Shown here: piece after piece, positions 63,011-64,000 of the stretch
Numbering within the stretch: the first letter of the stretch is position 1
How the letters are laid out: every line of letters begins with the position of its first letter
NCBI RefSeq assembly: GCF_902764345.1
Contig: NZ_CACWVT010000005.1
Direction: 5' to 3' (one strand)
From: an uncultured Ruminobacter sp.
GTDB lineage: Bacteria > Pseudomonadota > Gammaproteobacteria > Enterobacterales > Succinivibrionaceae
DNA length: 64,000 nucleotides
Notes under the pieces: generated by a model
Databases searched by the model: none
What the model was told of the DNA's origin: nothing
The model's input: the letters and a program-made list of their open reading frames with translations, nothing else
Translations under genes and position numbers: made by a program

Positions 63011-63397
63011 ATAATCTGAGGATTATTATCCTGTTTATGTTGGTAAATTTTTCTTAAAAATCTGTTTGCGGAAGAAAACGTAAATTTAAAATATTTGTTT
63101 CGTTTATTGTTTTTTTATAGTACTCATGTTTGTAAAGTAACTTATGTTATGACATTGCGTGCAATGTAAAAAAATAGTGAGATTTATTCCGATTAAGGAA
63201 ATGTTGTTTCTTCCGAATGTCAATTCTGGCTTGGGGTTTAAATGACTACATGGACGTAAGGCAGTCATCATAAGGTTTTATTTAATTTACGATTGTGCGG
63301 CAGGTCCGTAAAATTAGGAAGTATGTTAGTAGAGCTAACATATCGTTTAGTCTATAATGTAACAGGTTTTTAATTTTGAATCAGAGAGATTGTAATT

Positions 63398-64000
63398 ATG
63401 TCATTGGAAGTTATCATTCTTGCAGCAGGTAAAGGCTCAAGAATGCATTCTCATCTGCCTAAAGTTTTACATAAAGTGGGCGGTAAGGAAATTTTACGTC
63501 ACGTCATAGACAACGCTTCAAAGCTTAATCCTGAAAAGATTCATATAGTGTACGGTTTTGGCGGTAACATCGTTAAGGATACTATCGGTGGCGACTATGA
63601 TTATGTAATGCAGAAGGAACTTCTCGGTACAGGGCATGCCGTTCTTCAGGCACTGCCAAACTGCAGACCTAACAGTAAGATTCTGATTCTTGTTTCCGAT
63701 ATTCCTCTTATTACCGGTGAAACCCTTAATGCCCTTATAAACAGTTTTGGGGATAAGGGCGTGGCCGTTCTTACTTCCGTTGTGGAGCATCCTGCAGGTC
63801 TTGGCAGAATTAAAAGAGATGCTTCAGGCATGGTTACTGCCATCGTTGAGGATAAGGATTGCACACCAGAAGAGAAGCTCATTAATGAAATCAATACCGG
63901 GGTTATTGCCGGTGATTATGAGTCTCTCAATGAACTTCTGAAGCAGGTGAAGAACAATAACAGTCAGGGTGAATACTATCTCACCGACGTTATTTCTCTG
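63398..64000 (+). CDS. glmU: Bifunctional UDP-N-acetylglucosamine pyrophosphorylase / GlcN-1-P acetyltransferase, N-terminal part (continues past window end)
   Basis: My own translation is MSLEVIILAAGKGSRMHSHLPKVLHKVGGKEILRHV. It is open to the window end and lies downstream of atpC as in E. coli. It is not in the ORF track because there is no stop within the window. Confidence 0.9.
   Translation, partial: MSLEVIILAAGKGSRMHSHLPKVLHKVGGKEILRHVIDNASKLNPEKIHIVYGFGGNIVKDTIGGDYDYVMQKELLGTGHAVLQALPNCRPNSKILILVSDIPLITGETLNALINSFGDKGVAVLTSVVEHPAGLGRIKRDASGMVTAIVEDKDCTPEEKLINEINTGVIAGDYESLNELLKQVKNNNSQGEYYLTDVISL

Overview
This visibly AT-rich window looks like the replication-origin neighbourhood of a gammaproteobacterial chromosome. 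The gene order rpmH-rnpA-yidD-yidC-mnmE, mnmG-rsmG-parA-parB-atpIBEFHAGDC-glmU and dnaA-dnaN-recF supports this; a Succinivibrionaceae/Aeromonadales-like origin is only a guess. Nearly all coding capacity is housekeeping:
- LPS core (kdkA fragment, GT9 transferase), coaD, mutM, rpmBG, coaBC, pyrE, yicC, cysS.
- A glnA - DUF4124 - glnLG nitrogen module with a clear sigma-54 promoter.
- engB-gmk-rpoZ-spoT, gyrB, ompA, a TetR-regulated AcrAB-type RND pump, rdgB-hemW, tRNA-Val(GAC), ogt, pqiABC, and an EarP/EF-P(Arg32) pair.

I saw no transposases, integrases, CRISPR arrays or rRNA. The observations most worth follow-up, none visible in the ORF track, are:
1. Four canonical 16-bp parS centromere palindromes clustered at 35.05-36.27 kb. 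One lies inside the last codons of recF and one inside a C-terminal read-through of ogt. The cognate parAB is at 53.8-55.5 kb.
2. atpE (F-ATPase c subunit) is broken by an apparent 20-nt deletion that removes the glycine-rich helix-1 motif, although the other eight atp genes are intact.
3. atpB encodes a 447-aa a subunit. It carries an insertion of about 120 aa of hydrophobic sequence between the Arg-bearing helix and the last helix, plus a Cys-rich N-terminal insertion.
4. A tightly coupled three-gene unit: an extremely acidic 82-aa protein, a divergent Eda-family aldolase-like TIM barrel, and a COG0523 GTPase. It converges on an agmatine-deiminase-family protein that seems to lack its catalytic Cys.
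5. A sigma-54-like promoter in front of spoT that shares an 11-nt core with the glnA promoter.
6. Two competing candidate oriC regions.
7. A break of the canonical recF-gyrB linkage.

All homology statements come from reading the translations and recalling family motifs. No database search was run.
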